Shown: in pieces, positions 27,466 to 35,997 of the stretch | Position numbering within the stretch: the first letter of the stretch is position 1 | Layout of the letters: each line of letters begins with the position of its first letter | Virus record (IMG/VR): IMGVR_UViG_3300028888_000071 | Location: 22,638 to 86,637 of that record | DNA length: 64,000 nucleotides | From: a virus | Lineage: Duplodnaviria > Heunggongvirae > Uroviricota > Caudoviricetes | Strand: one strand, 5' to 3' | Position numbers and translations under genes: made by a program | Notes under the pieces: model-generated | Seen by the model: the letters and a program-made list of their open reading frames with translations, nothing else | Told to the model about the DNA's origin: nothing | The model's database searches: none

Positions 27466-28477
27466 CGCTGATGTCTTGAAACATGACAGGAACCTCTATG
27501 TCCCCTCCACAAGACTCACATCTTACGTGAATGTTTGGACTCATGCCAACGCTCGTGTTCATTTTCTCGATAAGCCTGTAGATGAGAGTGTACTTGTCGA
27601 TGTCCCAGTTCTCGAATTCTGTCGCCATGTCAAAGACGTCTTTGTCTCTGAACTGACGCCATTCTCTTCTGAAGAACGGGATCATCTGCACAAGTGACTG
27701 GTCCCAGTGTTTCTGGTTCTGTGCTCTGTTGACTGCCCAGTCTCTCACGATGCTTGTGACACCAATCGTCGGCGGTGCCATCTGGATGACGCCATAGTGT
27801 TTGGTCTTGATGCTGTAGCACTTGTTCACCTCATCATAGTATTTTTCAAGTGTCTCGTCAAGTTCGGCGCGTTCAATCATGTCGCTCGTCAGCTTGACTG
27901 TCGCTTGTGGCTTGCAGCCCGGGGTCTTGCATGCTCCGTCAGGGACTGGGATGTTGATTGCAGCCTCGCCATTCTTGAACGTGAGCTCTTGGAGTCTCTT
28001 TATGAGATAGAACCTGTCATGGTCAAGGATGTCCTTGTAGCTTCCGGGCATGTTGCCGAACATCACTTTCGTGCAGCTTGCCAGCATGTAGTTCATCTTG
28101 TCAATGATGTCGTTCGGATTGCTTTCGTCCATCATCGAGTACTCACGGATTTCTCCGACACGTGCTGCTCTGATATGCACACTGAAATCATCAGAATAGA
28201 ACCGTCCCATTGAGGGGAATGACTCGATAGGGATTCTGACGAAGTTCACCAGAGCATTCATTCTCTGGATGTCAGGATCATTCTCGAGCTCCTCTTTAGA
28301 AATGTTGTTGAACCTTCCTGTGGGGTTCTTGACTTTGCCAAGATCCTTCACTGGTTCATGCTCAATCTGTTTGGGGTAAACATTAAGTGTCGGTGACTCA
28401 GATGCTCCAAGGTCACCTGTCGCGTTGAATTCTCTCATCAAGTCTTCTTCGTACTGTTTGTCTTTGTCGTTGCTCAT
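27386..28477 (-). CDS. hypothetical protein (363 aa) with C-terminal CxxC...CGG motif
   Basis: Long ORF. CKTPGCK and CESCGG may form a zinc site. Confidence 0.5.
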   Translation of the reverse strand: MSNDKDKQYEEDLMREFNATGDLGASESPTLNVYPKQIEHEPVKDLGKVKNPTGRFNNISKEELENDPDIQRMNALVNFVRIPIESFPSMGRFYSDDFSVHIRAARVGEIREYSMMDESNPNDIIDKMNYMLASCTKVMFGNMPGSYKDILDHDRFYLIKRLQELTFKNGEAAINIPVPDGACKTPGCKPQATVKLTSDMIERAELDETLEKYYDEVNKCYSIKTKHYGVIQMAPPTIGVTSIVRDWAVNRAQNQKHWDQSLVQMIPFFRREWRQFRDKDVFDMATEFENWDIDKYTLIYRLIEKMNTSVGMSPNIHVRCESCGGDIEVPVMFQDISDDGKEVRGGFKSLFVSSLSDRLDELS

Positions 28478-28502
28478 ATATTATATAATTAAATTGTTAT
28501 AG

Positions 28503-28712
28503 TTATAGTAACATCGTTTTCTTGTAGTTGGTGTCAAGACTTTCTTTGAGATAAGATGACATGACTTTGCCATTGTTGACTATGCTTTCGTAAATGTCCT
28601 TTGGAACATTGACATATTTCTCGACTGAGCCATCGTTGTATTTGACGATGAGGTCACGTGTTATCTCTGAATAGATGACACTTGTTATCTGCGGGGTTGA
28701 ATCCATTAACAT
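28503..28712 (-). CDS. hypothetical protein (69 aa)
   Basis: Small ORF, overlapping start of the upstream gene (operon). Confidence 0.4.
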   Translation of the reverse strand: MLMDSTPQITSVIYSEITRDLIVKYNDGSVEKYVNVPKDIYESIVNNGKVMSSYLKESLDTNYKKTMLL

Positions 28713-29845
28713 AGCGTTAGTTTTATTTTTCTATTTTCAATATCCATCGAGGAAATCTTTACATTGACGTGGTCGCCTGTTCGCACTGCGACTGTCATCG
28801 GCAAGATTCCAATCACATTGTATTTCAGCTGGACAAGAATGAACTTCTTGCTTGAGCCGAGAACGACGCCATCCATCGTCATTCCAACTTTGAACTCTTT
28901 GGACACATTCTCTCTCCACAGTTCTCTCGTCTTCCAAGTCTGAGTCAGCAGCAACTGCCCGTTCTGCTCGTCATCGATCTTGAACTTCAGTTCTGTCTTT
29001 TCGATTTCAATTTTGTCATTGTTGAATAGTTCTTTAGTCTCATCGTCCATGTCAGTATATACCAGTTTGCCAGCGAGGCATTCGTTGAAAGTGATGAGCA
29101 CATAGTCGTGTTTCTTCAATGTGACTACGCCAGTGTATTCGGTTTCTCTGTCATCAGTCATGACACTGTTCAACACGGTGGGCTTGATTGCTTCCAAGAA
29201 AGCGACGTGTGACACGACAACCATGTCTCTTTTCGCGTTGTACATGGTCGGGATCACCATGATGTTAGAGCCGACGATTGACTCGAAGTCAGACAATCTG
29301 TAGAGACTTGCAGTCGAACCTGGCATGAAGCAGCGGACGCCCTGTATAGAAACATAGTATCCGCCATTTATGCATTCATCTATGTGCGCGGTGTATGCAG
29401 ATGAGGTGTTGTGTGATACAGCAGCAGCACGAAGCTCGTTCTTTATGGCAAGCTTCATGGAGTCTTTGATAGACACATTGATGCCATTCTTGACGCAAGC
29501 TGCAATCGGCACTTTGTAAGTGACGCCTTCATCAAATGACTCTCTCACATCATCGGGCTCTTTGTCCACTGGAATCGTGCAGTCGTACTTGCTGTTGATG
29601 TTCACGATGAACTTGTCGTCTTGCTTGCAGATTCCAACATTGTTTATTAGAGTGTTCTTGTTTGCAGTCTCGAAACTGACGATGTCGTCAATTTCAGAGC
29701 CGCCCATTGTGGACCGGTAAGCATTGATGACGTCAAGAATATAAGGCTGGTTTGAAATGATTTTCTCGCCGTTGTCTAACGGCACGTTGACTGTCTCCTG
29801 AACAAGCGGATCATCGCCAACGATTCTCACTTTTTGAATGTACAT
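28706..29845 (-). CDS. protein with several S1/OB-fold-like repeats (putative RNA-binding)
   Basis: Three segments with S1-like pattern (G..V.G.V...... V.L. .GV.G.LP ... G..V.VKV...D....I.LS): YYVSIQGVRCFMPGS, YTGVVTLKKHDYVLITFNE.LAGKL, GVVLGSSKKFILVQLKYNVIGILP...GDHVNVKISSMDIENRKIKLT. Confidence 0.3.
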   Translation of the reverse strand: MYIQKVRIVGDDPLVQETVNVPLDNGEKIISNQPYILDVINAYRSTMGGSEIDDIVSFETANKNTLINNVGICKQDDKFIVNINSKYDCTIPVDKEPDDVRESFDEGVTYKVPIAACVKNGINVSIKDSMKLAIKNELRAAAVSHNTSSAYTAHIDECINGGYYVSIQGVRCFMPGSTASLYRLSDFESIVGSNIMVIPTMYNAKRDMVVVSHVAFLEAIKPTVLNSVMTDDRETEYTGVVTLKKHDYVLITFNECLAGKLVYTDMDDETKELFNNDKIEIEKTELKFKIDDEQNGQLLLTQTWKTRELWRENVSKEFKVGMTMDGVVLGSSKKFILVQLKYNVIGILPMTVAVRTGDHVNVKISSMDIENRKIKLTLC

Positions 29846-29914
29846 TAAGCAAAAGTTTTAAGGTTAGTAATTCAGTTAATTGTTTTTTTATTTATACAAG
29901 TGAAATCTGAGAAG

Positions 29915-29940
29915 TTTTTTGTTATATTCAATTTGTAAAC
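29915..29940 (+). promoter_or_regulatory. conserved promoter-like motif TTTTTTGTTATATTCAATTTGTAAAC
   Basis: 20 nt upstream of ATG 29961. Confidence 0.45.
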
Positions 29941-29960
29941 ATAAATCTTTAACTTAAAAA

Positions 29961-30260
29961 ATGAATATGGAAAATCTTATTGAAAAACTGAACCGCTTGT
30001 CAGACAAAGCAAAATTTGTTGAAGAACTTACTTGGGACACACAAAAAAAATATCCCGAAGCAACACTGGAAAATGTTGTCCTCAGCAAAATCTATTACGA
30101 AGCATCTTGCGTCAAGAGAGGCTTGGCTGGCATTATTGAACAACTGAAGCAGGAAGCCGCCGATGAAGAGCAAGCCGTCATTGAGATTGCTCAAGAATCA
30201 CACGACAGAGAGCAGCAAGCACTTGCTGATCTTGAGCCCGCCGACGACCTGCCGTTTTAA
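29961..30260 (+). CDS. hypothetical acidic protein (99 aa)
   Basis: ORF followed by a strong terminator. Confidence 0.45.
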   Translation: MNMENLIEKLNRLSDKAKFVEELTWDTQKKYPEATLENVVLSKIYYEASCVKRGLAGIIEQLKQEAADEEQAVIEIAQESHDREQQALADLEPADDLPF

Positions 30261-30302
30261 GACCGACTGGTTCTTTCATTTCTTTTTATATTTTGTTTAT
30301 CA

Positions 30303-30335
30303 AAACCACCGCGAATCCAGCGGTGGTTTTTGTTT
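30303..30335 (+). terminator. rho-independent terminator
   Basis: aaccaccgc-gaatcca-gcggtggtt, then tttttg. Confidence 0.65.
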
Positions 30336-30534
30336 CTGCAGAATTCAGGTTTTTGAAGCACTCTTGCAAAATTTTTCCATTTTTTGTGAACTTTTCCGGA
30401 ACAAAATGAAAAATTTTTTCTAACTTATTGAAAACCAATGAGAAAAAAATTTCACAAAATGTACAACGTATTATATTTTTTATTACTTTTGTCTTGTATT
30501 AAAAAACTGATTGTCAAACCAAAACCTGAAAGAA

Positions 30535-31131
30535 ATGGAAAAGATCAAAACCACAGCCGCAACCCTGAACATTGAGGAGCTTCTCTCCTCTAAGGAGTTC
30601 ACGAACATCGTCAACCAAATCGCTTCTGAGTTCCGCGTCCTCTACACTGAGGAACTCAAGAATGACGTTCGCCAAGTCTGCAGCATTGCTGCTTGGGAAG
30701 CACTGCAGAAGTACAATGCCGAAAAGTGCGGCGGAAACTTCTGGGGATACGCTTACCTGAGAATGCGCGAGATGGCAAAGCGTGAAGTGTTCGAACAAAG
30801 AAACATCGTCCACATCCCGATGAACCACATCGCTGACAATGCTAAATATGACGGTGTCACCCACACTTACGAGGGACTGACCTGGGAGGATGGCCACGAC
30901 AAATGTGGTGAAGTTGCTCACAGTGAAGCAATCAACATCGACATTGAGAAGGCACTTGAACTTCTCAACAAAGAAGACCGCTACATCTTCGAGGTTCATG
31001 CCGAGCTGAAGCCCGGTAAAACGGATAAATCCGACTTCGGAAGCCTCTCGCTTGAACTTGGAATTCCCGCCCATGCTGTTCGCAGAAGATTCATTGCCGC
31101 CCAGAAGACTCTTGCTGATTTCCTCAGATAA
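30535..31131 (+). CDS. RNA polymerase sigma-factor-like protein (sigma-70 regions 2 and 4-like)
   Basis: GGNFWGYAYLRMREMAKRE resembles sigma region 2.2-2.4. C-terminal LSLELGIPAHAVRRRFIAAQKTL resembles a region-4 HTH. ATG at 30535 inside a TTG-initiated ORF. Confidence 0.45.
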   Translation: MEKIKTTAATLNIEELLSSKEFTNIVNQIASEFRVLYTEELKNDVRQVCSIAAWEALQKYNAEKCGGNFWGYAYLRMREMAKREVFEQRNIVHIPMNHIADNAKYDGVTHTYEGLTWEDGHDKCGEVAHSEAINIDIEKALELLNKEDRYIFEVHAELKPGKTDKSDFGSLSLELGIPAHAVRRRFIAAQKTLADFLR

Positions 31132-31155
31132 ACCTTTCATAGAATTATTTTTTTG

Positions 31156-31192
31156 AAGAAAGCCGTTTTCATGTAAAGCGGCTTTCTTTTTT
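31156..31192 (+). terminator. rho-independent terminator
   Basis: gaagaaagccg-(12-nt loop)-cggctttctt, then tttttg. Confidence 0.6.
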
Positions 31193-31214
31193 GTTATATT
31201 CAAATTGTATTAAC
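31188..31214 (+). promoter_or_regulatory. conserved promoter-like motif TTTTTGTTATATTCAAATTGTATTAAC
   Basis: Overlaps the terminator U-run. 30 nt upstream of ATG 31244. Confidence 0.45.
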
Positions 31215-31243
31215 AATAAGTATCAACAAAAAGTATTAAAATT

Positions 31244-32785
31244 ATGGCAACACCAACAATTTTCATCATCGTCGCAGCAGTATTGCTCGTCCTCGCAGTC
31301 TTAATCGCAATCTGTTATGTGAAGGCTCCGCCCAAAGACGCTTTCATCATCTCAGGCCTTTCGCGCCAGCCGAGAATCCTCATCGGCAAAGGCGGGTTCA
31401 GAATCCCTGGCCTTGAACGAGTCGACAAAGTGTTTCTCGGGCAGACATCAGTCGACATCAAGACATCAACGCCAGTCCCGACAAATGATTTCATCTCTGT
31501 CATGGTTGACGCTGTCGCAAAGATCAGAGTAATCAACACGCCTGACGGGATCCGCCTTGCAGCCAAGAACTTCCTGAACATGACGGAACGTGACATTGCT
31601 GTGCAGATCCAAGATTCATTAGAAGGCAACATGCGTGAGATCATCGGCACACTTGACCTGAAGTCGCTCAACATCGACCGTGACGGTTTCTCCGACCAAA
31701 TCGCGAAGAAAGCAGCGCCTGATATGGAGAAGCTTGGCATCGAGGTGATTTCATGCAACATCCAGAACATCACTGACAATGAAGGCCTCATCAAGAACCT
31801 TGGTGCTGACAATACCTACAAGATCCGCAAGGAAGCTTCCATCACCAAGGCACAAGCTGAGCGTGACATCGCAATCGCAGAATCTGAAGCTGCTAAGGAA
31901 GCAAATGACGCACGAGTCTACAATGAGACAATCATCGCCGAGAAGAACAACGAACTTGCTGTCAAAAAAGCAAACCTCAAAGTGATTGAAGACACTCAGA
32001 AAGCAAAGGCTGATGCTGCTTACGAAATCCAGAAGCAAGAGCAGCAGAAGACAGTGAACGAGAAGACGGTCGATGCTGAAGCGACAAAGATGCTGCTGCA
32101 GCAAGAACGCCAGAAGGAAATCAACTCTGCTGCAGTTGAAGCTGAAACGGAAAAAGCCAGAAAAGAGCAAGAACTGACTCAAGAGCAAGTCAAGATCCAG
32201 AAAAACAGACTTGAGGCTGAAATCCAGAAGAAAGCCGATGCTGACAAATACCAGAAAGAAATCACCGCTTCTGCTGAACTCGAGCAACGCAAACGCAAGG
32301 CTGAAGCTGAAGCATATGAAGCTGAACAGCGTGCCCGTGCAGTGAAAGCTCAAGCAGAAGCAGAACAATATAGGATGGAGCAAGAGGCTCTCGGCAAGAA
32401 GAAACTCGCCGATGCTGCTGCTTATGAAATCGAGCAGAAAGGCCTTGCTGAAGCTGCAGCAATCGAAAAGAAAGGCCTTGCAGAAGCAGAAGCAATGGAG
32501 AAGAAAGCCCTCGCGTTCCAGAAATATGGTGATGCAGCAAAGGCTCAGATGGTTATCGAGAAGCTCCCGCAGATTGCTGAATCTGTCGCCAAACCGATCT
32601 CCGCTATCAAAGACGTGAGAATCTACGGCGCAGACGGAAACGGCATCAACGCAATCTCAGGCAATGTGCCGACTGTCATCAAGCAGACAATGGACACTGT
32701 TGCTGACGCTACCGGAGTTGACATGCAGAAAATCGTCTCTCAATCAACACTTGAAGGCGCAGTGAAACGCACTGCTAAAGAGTAA
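31244..32785 (+). CDS. SPFH/band-7 (flotillin-like) membrane protein with long coiled-coil
   Basis: N-terminal transmembrane segment IFIIVAAVLLVLAVLIAICYV. SPFH-like core (IISGLSRQPRILIGKGGFRIPGLE...DFISVMVDAVAKIRV). Long Ala/Glu/Lys/Gln-rich coiled coil (AEAEAYEAEQRARAVKAQAEAEQYR). Confidence 0.6.
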   Translation: MATPTIFIIVAAVLLVLAVLIAICYVKAPPKDAFIISGLSRQPRILIGKGGFRIPGLERVDKVFLGQTSVDIKTSTPVPTNDFISVMVDAVAKIRVINTPDGIRLAAKNFLNMTERDIAVQIQDSLEGNMREIIGTLDLKSLNIDRDGFSDQIAKKAAPDMEKLGIEVISCNIQNITDNEGLIKNLGADNTYKIRKEASITKAQAERDIAIAESEAAKEANDARVYNETIIAEKNNELAVKKANLKVIEDTQKAKADAAYEIQKQEQQKTVNEKTVDAEATKMLLQQERQKEINSAAVEAETEKARKEQELTQEQVKIQKNRLEAEIQKKADADKYQKEITASAELEQRKRKAEAEAYEAEQRARAVKAQAEAEQYRMEQEALGKKKLADAAAYEIEQKGLAEAAAIEKKGLAEAEAMEKKALAFQKYGDAAKAQMVIEKLPQIAESVAKPISAIKDVRIYGADGNGINAISGNVPTVIKQTMDTVADATGVDMQKIVSQSTLEGAVKRTAKE

Positions 32786-32812
32786 GTGCATTTGATTCCA
32801 TACTAACGGTGA

Positions 32813-32846
32813 GAACGGTCTGTCATTGGCAGACCGTTCTTTTTTT
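32813..32846 (+). terminator. rho-independent terminator
   Basis: gaacggtctg-tcattgg-cagaccgttc, then ttttttt. Confidence 0.65.
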
Positions 32847-32873
32847 ATAAATAAACAAATGAATATATGCAAT

Positions 32874-33566
32874 ATGAGAATATTAGACACTGACCAATTC
32901 ATTTCTGAACGAATGAAAATCAGACCTGTCACGAATGCTGAATTGGATCAGATCCAGCAAGACATGAAAGACATGAAGTATATGCTCACAAGTGAAACAC
33001 AGAATCATAGTGGCCATGTTTTGTATCGTATAAAAGCTTTGCAAGACATTCCATCAATGGACGTCAAGGAAGGAGATCTTGGTGGCTGGGTTGAGTCATA
33101 TGACAATCTAGACCAGAAAGGAGACTGCTGGATTGCAGATGAAGCTAAAGTGTATGGCAATGCTAAAGTGTATGACAGTGCTTTAGTATATGGCAATGCT
33201 GAGGTATATGACAATGCTCAAGTGTATGACAAAGCTGAAGTGTATGGCTACGCTTATGTGTGGGGCAGTGCTAAAGTATATGAAGATGCTAAAGTGTATG
33301 GTAAAGCTTCAGTGTATGGCAATGCTGAAGTGTATGGCAGTGCTCAAGTGTATAACAAGGGTCATGCATATGGCAATGCTAAAGTGTTTGGCAATGCTTG
33401 TGTGTATGGCAAAGCTAAAGTGTATGACAATGCTGAAATGCATGGCAATGCTTGTGTGTTTGGTGATGCTCAAGTGTATGGCTACGCTTATGTGTGGGGC
33501 AGTGCTAAAGTGTATGGAGATGCTAAAATAGATTATGAGGTCAAAGATAGGAATATAGACAAATAA
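32874..33566 (+). CDS. leader-domain + hexapeptide-repeat protein (family member 5)
   Basis: MRILDTDQFISERMKIRPVTNAELDQIQQDM... Upstream tttttttataaataaacaaatg contains TATAAATA. Start taken at 32874 (the ORF track extends to 32826). Confidence 0.65.
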   Translation: MRILDTDQFISERMKIRPVTNAELDQIQQDMKDMKYMLTSETQNHSGHVLYRIKALQDIPSMDVKEGDLGGWVESYDNLDQKGDCWIADEAKVYGNAKVYDSALVYGNAEVYDNAQVYDKAEVYGYAYVWGSAKVYEDAKVYGKASVYGNAEVYGSAQVYNKGHAYGNAKVFGNACVYGKAKVYDNAEMHGNACVFGDAQVYGYAYVWGSAKVYGDAKIDYEVKDRNIDK

Positions 33567-33571
33567 AAAAT

Positions 33572-34291
33572 ATGAAAGTATTAGATATAAACCAATTTGT
33601 TTCTGAACGAATGAAAATCAGACCTGTCACGAATGCAGAACTGGACAAGATCCAGCAAGACATGAAAGACAAGATCCAGCAAGACATAAAAGACATGAAG
33701 TATGAGCTCACTGATGAAACAACAAAAACAATAGATGGTGTAACATTATATCGCATCAAAGCTTTGAAAGACATTCCATCTAAAGGAGTCAAAAAAGGAG
33801 ACTTAGGTGGCTGGATTGAGTCATATGACAATCTTGACCAAATGGGAGACTGCTGGATTGCAGATAATGCTTGGGTCTGGAACAATGCTAAAGTGTCTGG
33901 CAATGCTAAAGTGTATGACACTACTTGGGTGCACGATAATGTTGAAGTTTATGGCAATGCTGAAGTGTATGGTGACACTAATATGTGGGGCAGTGCTAAA
34001 GTATATGAAGATGCTAAAATACACGGCAATGCTAAAGTGGGCGGGAATGCTAAAGTGTTTGGAAATGCTCAAGTGTATGGATATGCTGAAGTATATGGTG
34101 ATGCTTTAGTGTATGGTGATGCTTGTGCATATGGCAAAGCTAAAGTGTATGGCAAAGCTGAGGTGGGTGGAAACTCTAAAGTGTATGACAACGCTATAGT
34201 ACGTGGCAATGCTCATGTATATGGCACTACTGAGGTGCACGGCAATGCTAAAGTCAATTATGTAGTTAAAGATATAGATGTAAACAAATAA
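33572..34291 (+). CDS. leader-domain + hexapeptide-repeat protein (family member 6)
   Basis: Leader carries an internal IQQDMKDKIQQDIKD duplication. The C-terminal 45 aa are identical to member 7. Confidence 0.7.
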   Translation: MKVLDINQFVSERMKIRPVTNAELDKIQQDMKDKIQQDIKDMKYELTDETTKTIDGVTLYRIKALKDIPSKGVKKGDLGGWIESYDNLDQMGDCWIADNAWVWNNAKVSGNAKVYDTTWVHDNVEVYGNAEVYGDTNMWGSAKVYEDAKIHGNAKVGGNAKVFGNAQVYGYAEVYGDALVYGDACAYGKAKVYGKAEVGGNSKVYDNAIVRGNAHVYGTTEVHGNAKVNYVVKDIDVNK

Positions 34292-34295
34292 AAAT

Positions 34296-34994
34296 ATGAG
34301 AATATTAGACACTAGTCAATTTGTTTCTGAACGAATGAAAATCAGACCTGTCACGAATGCTGAACTGGACCAGATCCAGCAAGACATGAAAGACATGAAG
34401 TCATACATGCCCAAAACGAAGTATGAGCTCACTGATGAAACAACAAAAACAATAGATGGTGTAACATTATATCGCATCAAAGCTTTGAAAGACATTCCAT
34501 CTAAAGGGGTCAAGAAAGGAGATCTGGGTGGCTGGGTTGAGTCTTATGACAATCTAGACCAGATGGGAGACTGCTGGGTTGCAGATGAAGCTTTGGTACG
34601 TGACAATGCTCAAGTGTATGGCAATGCTTTTGTGAGTGCAAAAGCATTTATATGTGACAATGCTAAAGTGTATGGGAATGCTAAAGCATACGATAAGGCT
34701 GAAGTGTATATCAATGCTGAAGTGTATGGCAATGCTAAAGTATATGGACATGCTGAGGTGGGTGGAAACTCTAAAGTGTATGACAATGCTGAAGTATATG
34801 GTGATGCTACAGTGCATAGTAATGCTTGTGCATATGGCAATGCTAAAGTGTATGGCAAAGCTGAGGTGGGTGGAAACTCTAAAGTGTATGACAACGCTAT
34901 AGTACGTGGCAATGCTCATGTATATGGCACTACTGAGGTGCACGGCAATGCTAAAGTCAATTATGTAGTTAAAGATACAGATATAGACAAATAA
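34296..34994 (+). CDS. leader-domain + hexapeptide-repeat protein (family member 7)
   Basis: Leader plus repeats. The block GKAEVGGNSKVYDNAIVRGNAHVYGTTEVHGNAKVNYVVKD occurs twice internally and also ends member 6. Confidence 0.7.
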   Translation: MRILDTSQFVSERMKIRPVTNAELDQIQQDMKDMKSYMPKTKYELTDETTKTIDGVTLYRIKALKDIPSKGVKKGDLGGWVESYDNLDQMGDCWVADEALVRDNAQVYGNAFVSAKAFICDNAKVYGNAKAYDKAEVYINAEVYGNAKVYGHAEVGGNSKVYDNAEVYGDATVHSNACAYGNAKVYGKAEVGGNSKVYDNAIVRGNAHVYGTTEVHGNAKVNYVVKDTDIDK

Positions 34995-34998
34995 AAAC

Positions 34999-35490
34999 AT
35001 GAAAGTATTAGATACAAACCAGTTTGTTTCTGAACGAATGAAGCTCAAGCCTGTCACAAATGCAGAATGGGAACATGTGACAGACAATATGATAAAGGCA
35101 AGAACCGCCGTAGACATAGTAAAGCCTGGAGACAATCTTGAAGCAGGTGATATGATTCTTGTCGTGTGCAAAGGTTTGGACAATGATTTCTTCAGAGCAA
35201 GATATGGCGTATATTCAACTAGTTCTAATGGGTTTATTGAATATGTTGACATGGCAGGACTTGACTATCCAAGTATAAGAGACACTTTTGAATTCATATA
35301 TTACAATGCAGACAAAAAGAAAAGATACGGACATTACATAGTGGAGATATTCAGACACGAAAACGGGAAACGGAAGTTGAAATTGACAAATGATCGTTAT
35401 GAGAATATAAGAGAAACATTAATCAACAGTACAGCATACGAGTGTGTGTACCGGAATGCTGAACTTATGAAAAAATTCAACATGATATAA
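34999..35490 (+). CDS. leader-only family member 8 with unrelated globular C-terminus (163 aa)
   Basis: MKVLDTNQFVSERMKLKPVTNAEWEHV, then a non-repeat sequence. Confidence 0.6.
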   Translation: MKVLDTNQFVSERMKLKPVTNAEWEHVTDNMIKARTAVDIVKPGDNLEAGDMILVVCKGLDNDFFRARYGVYSTSSNGFIEYVDMAGLDYPSIRDTFEFIYYNADKKKRYGHYIVEIFRHENGKRKLKLTNDRYENIRETLINSTAYECVYRNAELMKKFNMI

Positions 35491-35491
35491 T

Positions 35492-35986
35492 ATGGACAAT
35501 CCTTCACTCACAAAGAAAAGAAAGATAAGCACGCCTGATGGCGACATTCTTGACTTGTCAGCACCCACTGTACGAGCAAAAGACTTCTTGTCTCTTGTGG
35601 AGAACATGCATTTCGTCGCTCCCGAAGAGGCGATGAGACTCGACAAGATCGCGTACAAGTATTATGGCTGGGCTGACAAGATAGACGCGATATTGTGGGC
35701 TAACAACTTGTACAACCCGTTTGCTGTTGATGAGGGCGAATGGCTCATCATACCAAGAGTGAAAGACCTGAACCAGTGGGCAGTCGACCCAGAACAGTCT
35801 ATAATGCCTGGTGTAGAAGAGCAGACAACCTCATCAAAGATAACTTCAGCTGCGAACAAGCTGAATGCGTCTGCGACAGCAGCAAAAGAAGAAAGAGAAT
35901 CGAAACGCAACAAGAGAAAAACAAACGAGATGGCTCCTGGCGAATCATCAAGAAAATACAGGGGAGCTGAAGTTCTACTTGGATAA
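35492..35986 (+). CDS. LysM-like domain protein (putative tail/baseplate component)
   Basis: MRLDKIAYKYYGWADKIDAILWANNLYNPFAVDEGEWLIIP resembles the LysM consensus (D.L..IA..Yg.....i...N.l....l..G..l.iP). Basic, Lys/Arg-rich C-tail. Confidence 0.45.
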   Translation: MDNPSLTKKRKISTPDGDILDLSAPTVRAKDFLSLVENMHFVAPEEAMRLDKIAYKYYGWADKIDAILWANNLYNPFAVDEGEWLIIPRVKDLNQWAVDPEQSIMPGVEEQTTSSKITSAANKLNASATAAKEERESKRNKRKTNEMAPGESSRKYRGAEVLLG

Positions 35987-35997
35987 AACATACTTTC

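Noticed and set aside
28479-28502. Forward-strand copy of the promoter-like motif inside a leftward operon
   Set aside because: Only a partial match to the consensus and wrong orientation for flanking genes. Kept only as a possible antisense promoter, low confidence.
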